DNA of 21,896 nucleotides, taken from an uncultured virus (IMG/VR IMGVR_UViG_3300023208_000399) (Duplodnaviria; Heunggongvirae; Uroviricota; Caudoviricetes). Both the position numbers and the translations under genes were made by a program. This document shows positions 1 through 7,383 of this stretch, in pieces. Where the stretch lies: IMG/VR virus record IMGVR_UViG_3300023208_000399. One strand, written 5' to 3'. The stretch's first letter is position 1. The number at the start of each line of letters is the position of its first letter. Under the pieces are notes generated by a model, which was given only the letters and a program-made list of their open reading frames with translations, was not told where the DNA came from and ran no database searches.

Positions 1-897
1 GGCCTTGGCGTCCAACGCCGATTGCAGCCCGGAGACGTTGGCGATGTTGGTCGGGAAATAGGCCGGTTTGTCGGCGATGGCGGACCAAGGGGGCGTCGTG
101 TCGGCCATGGCCCTATAGCTGGACTCCGAAGTCTTGGACCCGCCGAGGAATGACCAGAACACGCCGTCCGACGTGACGACGGTGGAGCCGATGCGGACTT
201 CCGACTGCTGTGTCGATGTCAGCGACGCGATGGTCGATGACGCCACGATGGGGGCTTGGAAAACCGTCGAGGGCAGACGCGCCGGATCGAGCGTCCCGAC
301 CAGACGGGTTGCCGCGAGCGTGTCGGATTTCTTGTCGTAAAGGGTCGGATCGAATGTCGCCGCCAGCGTGGCCGAGGCTGCGGCAGCGGTCGCCTTCTGC
401 GACGCAAGGGCGGCGTTGTCCGCCACCTGTTCAGCGAGGTCTTCCACGACGGCGCGATCCGCCGAGGTGGACTGTCCCGAGCCTTGCGCGAGTTCGGCCC
501 AATAGCGGGCATTCGCCTCGCTCGTGCCCGCGTGATTGCGATGTTGCTGTGCGAGATCGCGCGCTTCGACCGCCGCGCCGCGCGCCGCTTCCGAAAGGAT
601 ACGCTGCGCGTCGGCACGGTTGGCGTGATCGTTTGCCAGATCGCGCGCGAGTTCAGTCGCGACCTTGGCGGCGGCGGATTGCGCCGCCGGGCCGGAGGTC
701 ATGTCGTTGAACGATGCGGGCGACGGCACGAGGATTTCTTGGCCGCCCAAATCCACAAAGGGATAGCGACCGTCATTGTTGGGTCCGCCGGTCGCGGACC
801 CACCCAGCCAAGCAGAGACGGCTTTCGTCTGCTGCTCCGATTTGACGATTAGGTCTTCAATCTGCTGGGCGAGAGTGGTGATCGTCAGCCCGCTCAT
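1..897 (-). CDS. second tail fibre / receptor-binding protein (3' end outside window)
   Basis: Not in the ORF track because it runs off the window. ATG at 897 follows the previous stop; the frame is open to base 1: MSGLTITTLAQQIEDLIVKSEQQTKAVSAWLGGSATGGPNNDGRYPFVDLGGQEILVPSPAS..., then an Ala-rich helical region and PPWSAIADKPAYFP...VSGLQSALDAKA, motifs typical of phage fibre shafts. Lies downstream of the first fibre gene. Confidence 0.75.
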   Translation of the reverse strand, partial: MSGLTITTLAQQIEDLIVKSEQQTKAVSAWLGGSATGGPNNDGRYPFVDLGGQEILVPSPASFNDMTSGPAAQSAAAKVATELARDLANDHANRADAQRILSEAARGAAVEARDLAQQHRNHAGTSEANARYWAELAQGSGQSTSADRAVVEDLAEQVADNAALASQKATAAAASATLAATFDPTLYDKKSDTLAATRLVGTLDPARLPSTVFQAPIVASSTIASLTSTQQSEVRIGSTVVTSDGVFWSFLGGSKTSESSYRAMADTTPPWSAIADKPAYFPTNIANVSGLQSALDAKA

Positions 898-903
898 TCG
901 ACC

Positions 904-1125
904 TTACTCCGTGTCGGGAGCCGGAGCGGTTTCGACCGGAGCCGCCGGTTCAGGCGTTGCGAGTTGGTAGCCGAGTTCGGCGCCTTGAAGGGCTGCGCGG
1001 ACATTCGACAGGGCGATCTTCGTGGTTTCGACCTGCGACATGAGGTGGCCGAGGGAAGCCAGAAGCGATTGCTCCTGCGCCGCGAGGGTCTGGTGCTGCT
1101 GTGCAGCGGAAGGCGTTTGGGACAT
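904..1125 (-). CDS. small coiled-coil hypothetical protein (73 aa), possible fibre accessory or chaperone
   Basis: Start moved to ATG 1125, which has ACAGGAG just upstream. MSQTPSAAQQHQTLAAQEQSLLASLGHLMSQVETTKIALSNVRAALQGAELGYQL is heptad-like with a Pro/Ala-rich tail. Lies between the two fibre genes. Confidence 0.7.
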   Translation of the reverse strand: MSQTPSAAQQHQTLAAQEQSLLASLGHLMSQVETTKIALSNVRAALQGAELGYQLATPEPAAPVETAPAPDTE

Positions 1126-1167
1126 GCGTCTCCTGTGATCGTTTGAGGGTCTTGTATTTAGATGTGG

Positions 1168-1189
1168 GACCGGCCGGTTAAGGCCGGTC
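1168..1189 (-). promoter_or_regulatory. intergenic stem-loop just after the tail fibre stop codon
   Basis: Perfect 8-bp inverted repeat GACCGGCC-N6-GGCCGGTC with no U-tract, so not a classical terminator. Confidence 0.45.
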
Positions 1190-1194
1190 ACTCG

Positions 1195-3390
1195 TCAGGC
1201 CATGATGGGTTCGATGCCGCCACCGCCGCCGCCGCCGGGGTCAGGGTCGTAGCCCCCACCGCCGCCGCCACCGCCAGATGAACCGCCTCCTGATCCAACG
1301 CCGCCGCCGGAGCCGGAGCCGCCGCCGAGGGTCGAGGTGTTGTTCTTCATCTCCGTGACCTTGCCGTAGCGGGCGGTCACGATCTGGGTGGACATGCCGG
1401 AACTGAAGTAGATTTGGACGTAATAGTGCCAGTTGCCAGCCTCACCCGGACGGTCGAGGAACTTCATCGGCAGGGCGCCTTGCCATGTATCGTTCGCCAT
1501 GCCGGAGCCGTTCAGTTGGACGGACTGGATGACGGTTCCGCCATCGGTCCCGCGCGACCGGACAAGCTGCACGACGGCCACGAACGACCCGCTCGCATTG
1601 TGGGTGAATGTCCCATAGGCGTTGAAGTCGATGTCGATGGGGCTGTCGGCTTTTTCGACGCCGATCCAGACGCCGTGAATGCGCGTCGGCGTGGTGTTGT
1701 TGAGGGTGACGGTCCCGCCGTTGTAGGCCGCTTCGACGCCAGTGACAGTGTTGTTGACCAGACGGGAGTTGTTGATTGAGCCGGTGACGAGCAGGTCGCC
1801 GAAGATTTCGACGTTCGAGTTGAAGCGGACCTTGTTCGCGACGACGGACATGATCTTGACCGGCGAGCCGCCGTTCGGCGCGACGAAACCGACTTCATCT
1901 GCCACGAACGAGAGCGACCCGAAGGAGCCGTTGTTCTGGGCCGTAATCCCGGTGATGTGGCCGTTGGAGTTGAGGGCGACGCTCCATCGGAGATTCAGGC
2001 CGTCAGTCACTTGCTGAAGCGTGGTGATCGAACCCGTGTGCGCCCCAACCGTGTTCTGAACGGTCTGGATCGTTTGGGAGAGCGCGCTGTCCGCATTCGC
2101 GCGAGCCGTCGCCTCATTGACGACGGAAGCCGAGACGTTGCCGACTGCGACATCAATCCCCGACAGTCGGGTGCCGAGGCTATAGCCGGGACCGACTTCG
2201 ACCCGGTTCAGGTCGAGGGTGAAGGCGGACTGATTGTTGCGGAAGGCGCCGAGGACAGCGAACTGCTGGGCGATTGCGCCATCGGCGTTCGCCCGTGCCG
2301 TCGCTTCGTTCTGGATCGCGGTCGAGTTCTGCCCGACCTGAACGGCCAGCGATTGCCGAAGCTGGGCTTCGGCCGCATCCGCCGCGACGCGGGCGTTGGT
2401 TTCCACGAGGACGGCCGCGTTGATGAGGCCCGGAATCGAAGCCGACAGGGCGGCGCGCGCGCTGGCTTCCGCCGAGATCGCATCGGCCCGTGTGGTCGCT
2501 TCATTGGCGATGGCCGCTTGGTTCGCGTCGATCCGGCTCCCTTGCGTCTGCAAGGTCTGCGTCACGGAATCTATCGCCGTCACGCGGGCCGTCTGTTCGG
2601 TCTGGATCAGCCCGAGCGCGTTGGCGTTCGCCGCGTAGATCGCGTTGAACCGCTGGGCCATCGTCTCGGTCGGCGACGACTTCAGTTTGTTGAGGTCGAG
2701 GATGAAGGAGAGATTGTCCGCGCTCTTCGCGCCGATCAGGGCGAAGGTATCGACAAGGGCTTGGTCGCCCGAGAGGCGGGCGTTGGCTTCGTTCTGGATG
2801 ACGGTGGCGAGGCCGGTCCCGTCTTCGAGATTGGTCAGAGCGTCCACGACGCCCGTCAGGTTGTCCAAGCGGAAGGCTTGATCGGTCAGCGCGAGGGTGT
2901 TGCCGATGATCTGTTCGGTGGAGAGGTCGATGGTCGCCAGCGCGTCACGGAAGCGATTGAGGGCTTCGTCCCCGAGTTCGGAGGTCAGGATCAGTTCATC
3001 GACAATAGCGTCTGGCGTGGTGACGACGCCGAGGTGATCGCCAAGGCGGACCTGCGCCCGGTCGAGAGAGCCGGTGTAGAGGTCGTCGAGTTCCTGAAGG
3101 CGATAGAGGTTCTGAAGGTGTGCCCGGTTCAGTTCTTCGGCGGTCAGGGTCGCCCCGTTCTGGAACTCCACGAGGGCCGTCGAGATCGGGGTCTCGCGTC
3201 GGATTTGCAGGACGCTGCTTTCGACCGGCGCCTGACGAAGGCGGATGCGGCTGTCGGTCAGCCATTCAAAGAACGGCGTGGAGCCGTTGAGCGTGACCTT
3301 GATGTGGTTTCGGTCGAGGAAGGGAACGGCAAGGTCGAACTCTTGCTGGCCTCCCGTCACGATGTATTGGGCGCGGGTCTGGTTAGACAT
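1195..3390 (-). CDS. tail fibre protein: T7 gp17-type N-terminal anchor, coiled-coil shaft, J-like C-terminal region, Gly-rich tail
   Basis: N-terminus YIVTGGQQEFDLAVPFLDRNHIKVTLNG...IRRETP...EFQNGATLTAEELNRAHLQNLYRLQE matches the T7 tail-fibre attachment domain. Repeated E-A-T-A-R-A-x-A-D units follow. SD AAAGGA upstream; position after the internal virion genes. Confidence 0.9.
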   Translation of the reverse strand: MSNQTRAQYIVTGGQQEFDLAVPFLDRNHIKVTLNGSTPFFEWLTDSRIRLRQAPVESSVLQIRRETPISTALVEFQNGATLTAEELNRAHLQNLYRLQELDDLYTGSLDRAQVRLGDHLGVVTTPDAIVDELILTSELGDEALNRFRDALATIDLSTEQIIGNTLALTDQAFRLDNLTGVVDALTNLEDGTGLATVIQNEANARLSGDQALVDTFALIGAKSADNLSFILDLNKLKSSPTETMAQRFNAIYAANANALGLIQTEQTARVTAIDSVTQTLQTQGSRIDANQAAIANEATTRADAISAEASARAALSASIPGLINAAVLVETNARVAADAAEAQLRQSLAVQVGQNSTAIQNEATARANADGAIAQQFAVLGAFRNNQSAFTLDLNRVEVGPGYSLGTRLSGIDVAVGNVSASVVNEATARANADSALSQTIQTVQNTVGAHTGSITTLQQVTDGLNLRWSVALNSNGHITGITAQNNGSFGSLSFVADEVGFVAPNGGSPVKIMSVVANKVRFNSNVEIFGDLLVTGSINNSRLVNNTVTGVEAAYNGGTVTLNNTTPTRIHGVWIGVEKADSPIDIDFNAYGTFTHNASGSFVAVVQLVRSRGTDGGTVIQSVQLNGSGMANDTWQGALPMKFLDRPGEAGNWHYYVQIYFSSGMSTQIVTARYGKVTEMKNNTSTLGGGSGSGGGVGSGGGSSGGGGGGGGYDPDPGGGGGGGIEPIMA

Positions 3391-3403
3391 TGATCCTTTC
3401 GTT

Positions 3404-3452
3404 CACCCACGACGAAAGGCCCGGCCGCGTGAGCGACCGGGCTTTCCGGGTG
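3404..3452 (-). terminator. long GC-rich hairpin (weak terminator or RNA processing site) before the tail fibre gene
   Basis: Minus strand GAAAGCCCGGTCGC-TCAC-GCGGCCGGGCCTTTC (3446-3414), extended by CACCC/GGGTG. Only a short U-run follows. Confidence 0.6.
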
Positions 3453-3468
3453 GATTGAGGTTGGTGTT

Positions 3469-6400
3469 TTAGTCGGCGCCGAAGTTCATGATGTCGGCGA
3501 GGGCATCATCGGAGACGCCGTAGGACCGAGCCTTGTTCTCGATCCGGTATGGCTCCCAGCCCTTCTTCTCGCCCATGTCCTGCGCCTGTGCGGCGCCTGT
3601 GCGGTCGAGCATGGGGGCCATGTCAGGGAACTCGCCGCGCTTGATCGCCGCTGTCGCCAGTCGGCGATAGCGGGACACAGTGTCCTTGATCTCTTGGGCG
3701 CGACGAGGGTCGCTGTAGCTGGCGTAGTCAGCCGAGTTGACAAGTTCGGCCAAGGCTTCGTGCATGTTCAGGCCAGTCATCGGATCGCGCCATTCCTGAC
3801 CTTGGATCGCCAGAAGGCGCGCATGTTCCTTCGGCGTGATCTTCTGCCCGTTGAAGCGGGCGTCAGGTCGGGTCGCCATCAGGAGGTCGGGATCGTTCTG
3901 GGCCAGAGCCGAGATTTCCAGACGCACCATGTCGTCCTCTCGTTCAGACACGCGGAGCGGCTGGACCAGAGCTTCGATGAAGCCGCCGTCCTTATCCTTG
4001 CGGACGATGGGAAGGCCGAGCCAGTCGCGGCGTTCGGGCAGACTGTCCGACAACATCGGAATGTTGCGGGCGAAGTAGTCGAGGAATTCCGACGCCTCGC
4101 GCATCACCGGGTCTTGGGCTTGCGCCGTGTTCCTGACGATGGCCGGGACGAGGGAGTCGCCCAGCTTCTTGAACGCGGCCTTCGCAACGGCTGTGCCGCG
4201 CGATGACGCCGTGGTCGAGAACGACGGGTCCAAGAGGTCGAAGAAATCGCCGACGCCTTGAAGCGCGGCCTTGTTGACGATGTTGTTCATGATCGCGCCC
4301 ATGACGCCGCCCGCCAGTGCGGAGGCTTGGTCATCGGCGAGATCGCGGTCTCGCATAGTCTGGTAGAGGTCGGCCGTAATGCCGATCATTTCGGCTACCG
4401 GCGACAGGGTGCTGTATTGATACCAGCGGCCCCCGAGGCGGATGGAGTAGGATTTCACGCCGTCCTCTTCCTCTGCCGGGGTGCGCTTGCCGACGAGATC
4501 GCCGTTGGCGAACAGCATGGCGGCGGTCCCCATGAGGGCCATGCCGCTGACCATTCGGGCCATCACGATGTCGGCTTCGGCGCCCCCACGAGAGAGAGCC
4601 TTTTCCTGACCGTCGAGGGCGGCGAAGTAGGTCTTGAACGCCGCACGGTTTTCCTTGGTGAGCCAAGCCAGAGCCGGGTTGCGATCCACCATGCCAGCGC
4701 GAACAAGGTTCAGCGGAGTGCGGAGGAACGGGACGTAGAGAGCTTTGACGATGGGGATGTATTTCATCGCCTTCTCGAAAGCCTCAACCGCCGGGCCGGT
4801 CTTTTGGAAAGCCATGAGCCGCGCGTAGTCGTTCGCCATTTCGTGGAGATCGACCGAGGCAAGCACATCGGCGGCTTCCTCAAGCCGGGCGTCGCCCATG
4901 TAGGATTTCGCCGGATCGTAGATTTCGCCGGTGGCCTCGAACTCGGATTTGGCGCGGACGAAGGCTTCGGCCGTGGGCCGCTGCGTCACCGCTTCAAGAG
5001 TCTTGGCGAAGACGCGATCCGCTTCGCTCCCGCGCAGACGCGCCGAACGGTAGGAGGCTTCGCGCGCGGCCAGTGCGTTGATCTGCATCCGGCGTGTCAT
5101 GACCTTCGTGAACTCGTCCATCCCGAGGGAGGGGCGAATGCCGAGGGTGCGGAGCGTTCCGAACAGGCCGGTCATCGCCATGTCGGGCACGGACTTGATG
5201 CCGCCTTCCTTCCACTTCTTGACCCTTTCGGCGTTGAACTCGAACGGCTGGGCCATGGCGTAGCGGCCGACGCTCGTTTCGATGTCGGTCTGCGGGGCCG
5301 CGTGGATGAAGGCTTTGAACCCGGCCTTCGTCGCATCGACGAACGACTGGTGGATGCCGAACAGATAGGCGTTGGCTTCGCGGAAGGTGACGCCCTCTGC
5401 GGAGGTGCGCTTTCCCCCGAGGCCGCGCCGGAGCGGGCTGGTGATGCCAGCGGCGATGTAGCGTTCCCCGACCGTCATGGACGCATGGAGAACCGAGCCG
5501 ACAGCGTTGCGGACGGCGGTCGCGGGCGTCGTCAGATAACCGGCGACGATGTAGTAGGACAGGTAGTCGCTGAACCCCATGTGACGGCCCTTGCGGAGTT
5601 CGTCTTTGAGGCCGCGTTCGCCGCCCGAGCCGTAGGCTTCGCGCAGTCGCTTGAGGGCTTCGGCCATCTTCTTCGCGTCGAGGTCGCCGGTGCCGAGGGC
5701 GTCGGCCATGAGGTCCATCTGGCCCTGTAGGTCGTTGATGATCCGGCTGCGCTGCTTCGCCATCTTCATGATGTTGAGGGCGCGGCCGATCTCGGATTTG
5801 GCGCCCGCCGCCATGGCGTCGAACATCACGGTCGCTTGCAGTTGAGCGGCCACGTCGCCGATCAGATTGTTGTCGATGACGTTGCCGTTCAGCGATTTCT
5901 CCAGTTGCGCCATCTTCGTCACGAGATGGTCGGTGTGCTGGATCGAAATTGTCTCCAAGGCGTGCATCTTGGCCGCGATGCCGTTCTCGCCGGTAATGTC
6001 GCTATGGGCCTTCACCACGTCAGACACGGTGACGCCGAATGCAGCCTGACGATCCGCGACCGACTTCCAAGTCTTCTTGGCGTCTCCGGCCGCGTCGTAG
6101 AGCGGCTTGAAAATCTGGGCCATGACGCCGACGATTTCTTCGAACTTCTCCGGCTCGTTCGACAGCTTGTCGAAATCAAAAATCTCTTGGTTCCAGTGCG
6201 GCGACGGATCGTCCGCGAGGGCCACGGCTTCCTTGCCCGCCCAGCGCACGAAGAGTTCGACCTGATCCGGCTTGATGTAAGCCTTCAGGCGGTCGAGGTG
6301 TTCGGTCACGGCCTTGAGCCGTTCGGGCGATATGCCCTTCGTCCATTCCGGGTTGATGTCCGGGCCAGCTTCGGGGCCATCCATACGCGGGCCGTCCATG

Positions 6401-7383
6401 CGTTCGGCTCGGGGAGCCTCGACGCGCATCGGCAGAGCCGACACCGGACCCTGCTTCGTGGGTCGGAAGGTCCAGTCGTCCAGCGTCAGGGCTGGGAGCG
6501 AGATCGCATCGGCCGTGTCGAGTTCGTCGCGGAAGGTCTGGGACAGGTTCACCGGCTCCGAACGGAGGTCGGCGTCAATGCGAGCGCGGACGGTTCCGCG
6601 TCCCTTCATCAGCGCACCGGCCCCTTCAAACGCGCCAGTGAAGACCGCACCGGCGCCAGCCGAAAGCACGGTCTGGAGAACGTCGTAGCGATCCTGCGTC
6701 AGGCCGGTGGCGTCCATCTGGGCGAGCAGGTCCACGGCCCCGGCGACCGTGGCCTGAACCGCGATCTTGGCGCCGACTGACGAGCCGCCGGTGATGTAGG
6801 ACGTAGGGTCCAGCGCGGCGCCCCCGAGGGTGCCGAGCAAGGCCGCGCCGCCGTGCAGCGTCTTGCCGACGATGCCGCCTTCGGCCTCCCAGAACGGGTC
6901 GTCCTTGGACGCCTGTGCGAATTCCTGACGACGGGTGCGCTCACGGCTAACCCAATCGTCAGCCGCTTCGCGGGTGTTCTGCGTGTCGCGGGTCATGTCC
7001 ATCAGGACGCCGCCCGAGTTGTAGAGGCGGGAGACGAGACGAACCGGGTTCAGGGTGAAGCGGTCATTGACCGCCATGGCGGCTTTCGTATCGCCGCGCT
7101 GTCCTGCCTCGATGTAATCGGCCGTGTCATCCAGACCGGCCCGCCAACCTTCGGCGATGAAGCCGGTGTTGAAGGTATTGGAGAACACGTCGCCGAGACG
7201 TTCGCCGAGGCTGCGCTTGTCCTTCGGAGCCGAGAGGGAGACAGCCGCCGAGCGGCGGCTGTTGTTCTGCTCTGCGGACGTGCCGTAGTGGCGTTGAATG
7301 AAGGCGCGACGGACGTGTTCAGGGGTGCCGTCCTCGAACTCAAAGACGTGCCCGTCAGGGCCGGTGAAGCGGATGGAAGCCAT
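3469..7383 (-). CDS. internal virion protein D (T7 gp16-like large ejection protein)
   Basis: 1304-aa helical protein at the gp16 position, coupled to the upstream gene by a TAATG overlap. C-terminal segments (VPFLRTPLNL, YSIRLGGRWYQYSTLSP, LPERRDWLG) are typical of large internal virion proteins of T7-like phages. Confidence 0.85.
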   Translation of the reverse strand: MASIRFTGPDGHVFEFEDGTPEHVRRAFIQRHYGTSAEQNNSRRSAAVSLSAPKDKRSLGERLGDVFSNTFNTGFIAEGWRAGLDDTADYIEAGQRGDTKAAMAVNDRFTLNPVRLVSRLYNSGGVLMDMTRDTQNTREAADDWVSRERTRRQEFAQASKDDPFWEAEGGIVGKTLHGGAALLGTLGGAALDPTSYITGGSSVGAKIAVQATVAGAVDLLAQMDATGLTQDRYDVLQTVLSAGAGAVFTGAFEGAGALMKGRGTVRARIDADLRSEPVNLSQTFRDELDTADAISLPALTLDDWTFRPTKQGPVSALPMRVEAPRAERMDGPRMDGPEAGPDINPEWTKGISPERLKAVTEHLDRLKAYIKPDQVELFVRWAGKEAVALADDPSPHWNQEIFDFDKLSNEPEKFEEIVGVMAQIFKPLYDAAGDAKKTWKSVADRQAAFGVTVSDVVKAHSDITGENGIAAKMHALETISIQHTDHLVTKMAQLEKSLNGNVIDNNLIGDVAAQLQATVMFDAMAAGAKSEIGRALNIMKMAKQRSRIINDLQGQMDLMADALGTGDLDAKKMAEALKRLREAYGSGGERGLKDELRKGRHMGFSDYLSYYIVAGYLTTPATAVRNAVGSVLHASMTVGERYIAAGITSPLRRGLGGKRTSAEGVTFREANAYLFGIHQSFVDATKAGFKAFIHAAPQTDIETSVGRYAMAQPFEFNAERVKKWKEGGIKSVPDMAMTGLFGTLRTLGIRPSLGMDEFTKVMTRRMQINALAAREASYRSARLRGSEADRVFAKTLEAVTQRPTAEAFVRAKSEFEATGEIYDPAKSYMGDARLEEAADVLASVDLHEMANDYARLMAFQKTGPAVEAFEKAMKYIPIVKALYVPFLRTPLNLVRAGMVDRNPALAWLTKENRAAFKTYFAALDGQEKALSRGGAEADIVMARMVSGMALMGTAAMLFANGDLVGKRTPAEEEDGVKSYSIRLGGRWYQYSTLSPVAEMIGITADLYQTMRDRDLADDQASALAGGVMGAIMNNIVNKAALQGVGDFFDLLDPSFSTTASSRGTAVAKAAFKKLGDSLVPAIVRNTAQAQDPVMREASEFLDYFARNIPMLSDSLPERRDWLGLPIVRKDKDGGFIEALVQPLRVSEREDDMVRLEISALAQNDPDLLMATRPDARFNGQKITPKEHARLLAIQGQEWRDPMTGLNMHEALAELVNSADYASYSDPRRAQEIKDTVSRYRRLATAAIKRGEFPDMAPMLDRTGAAQAQDMGEKKGWEPYRIENKARSYGVSDDALADIMNFGAD

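Noticed and set aside
6374..6402. Tandem 15-nt repeat encoding RMDGP twice in the gp16-like gene
   Set aside because: Two imperfect copies in a Pro-rich linker; an ordinary local duplication, not an array.
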